Assembly (NCBI GenBank): GCA_964016885.1
Contig: OZ024743.1
Coordinates: forward strand, 370,388,001-370,452,000
DNA: 64,000 bases
Reading direction: 5' to 3'
DNA from: Eledone cirrhosa
Lineage: Eukaryota
The position numbers were made by a program, and so were the translations under genes. Shown piece by piece: positions 63,786 to 64,000 of this stretch. The notes under the pieces were generated by a model. It ran no database searches. It had not been told where the DNA came from and saw nothing but the letters and a program-made list of their open reading frames with translations. Every line of letters begins with the position of its first letter. Within the stretch, counting starts at the first letter, position 1.

Positions 63786-64000
63786 TTTTTTTTTTGCTGC
63801 TAGAATTAATCCATAGATTCAATCCTATATCTCATCCCTATAATTGTTTTAAATAATTAACTATTAATGAGCACTATATATTACATTATATTCAACACTC
63901 TAACAAAACTTTAACAGACATATTAAGAAAACCAGATTATTAATGAGATTTCTTATTCGAAAATAAAATTCCCTACAGGTAAAACTTCATTCTGACCACA

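Noticed and set aside
63971-64000. ccctacag as the acceptor of the next MAM exon
   Set aside because: The phase-1 frame hits TGA after five codons.

Overview
Eukaryotic, AT-rich, repeat-dense genomic DNA; the SINE/LINE content and (TA)n/(CA)n arrays suggest a cephalopod such as an octopus (inference, not verified). The only host gene I can support is a + strand multi-MAM-domain extracellular protein. Five phase-1 coding exons are visible (834-953, 16863-17195, 22453-22611, 28837-29169, 33404-33499) and splice into one open frame covering 2.5 MAM domains; the gene runs off both window ends. The introns are filled with decayed transposons: two tandem L1/Tx1-type LINEs, R4/Dong- and CRE-type fragments, several RTE LINEs, at least three lineages of Penelope-like elements (PLEs), mariner and Merlin DNA transposons, Helentron-type non-autonomous elements and tRNA-derived SINEs. 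Most notable: (i) hammerhead ribozyme motifs, both in PLE 3' regions and in short non-coding (TA)n-flanked units; (ii) recurrent fold-back palindromes centred on (TA)n; (iii) a PLE enclosed by 466-bp near-perfect inverted repeats; (iv) MAM domains with a relocated cysteine. I found no convincing new protein-coding system; most short ORFs in the track are microsatellite or antisense artefacts.
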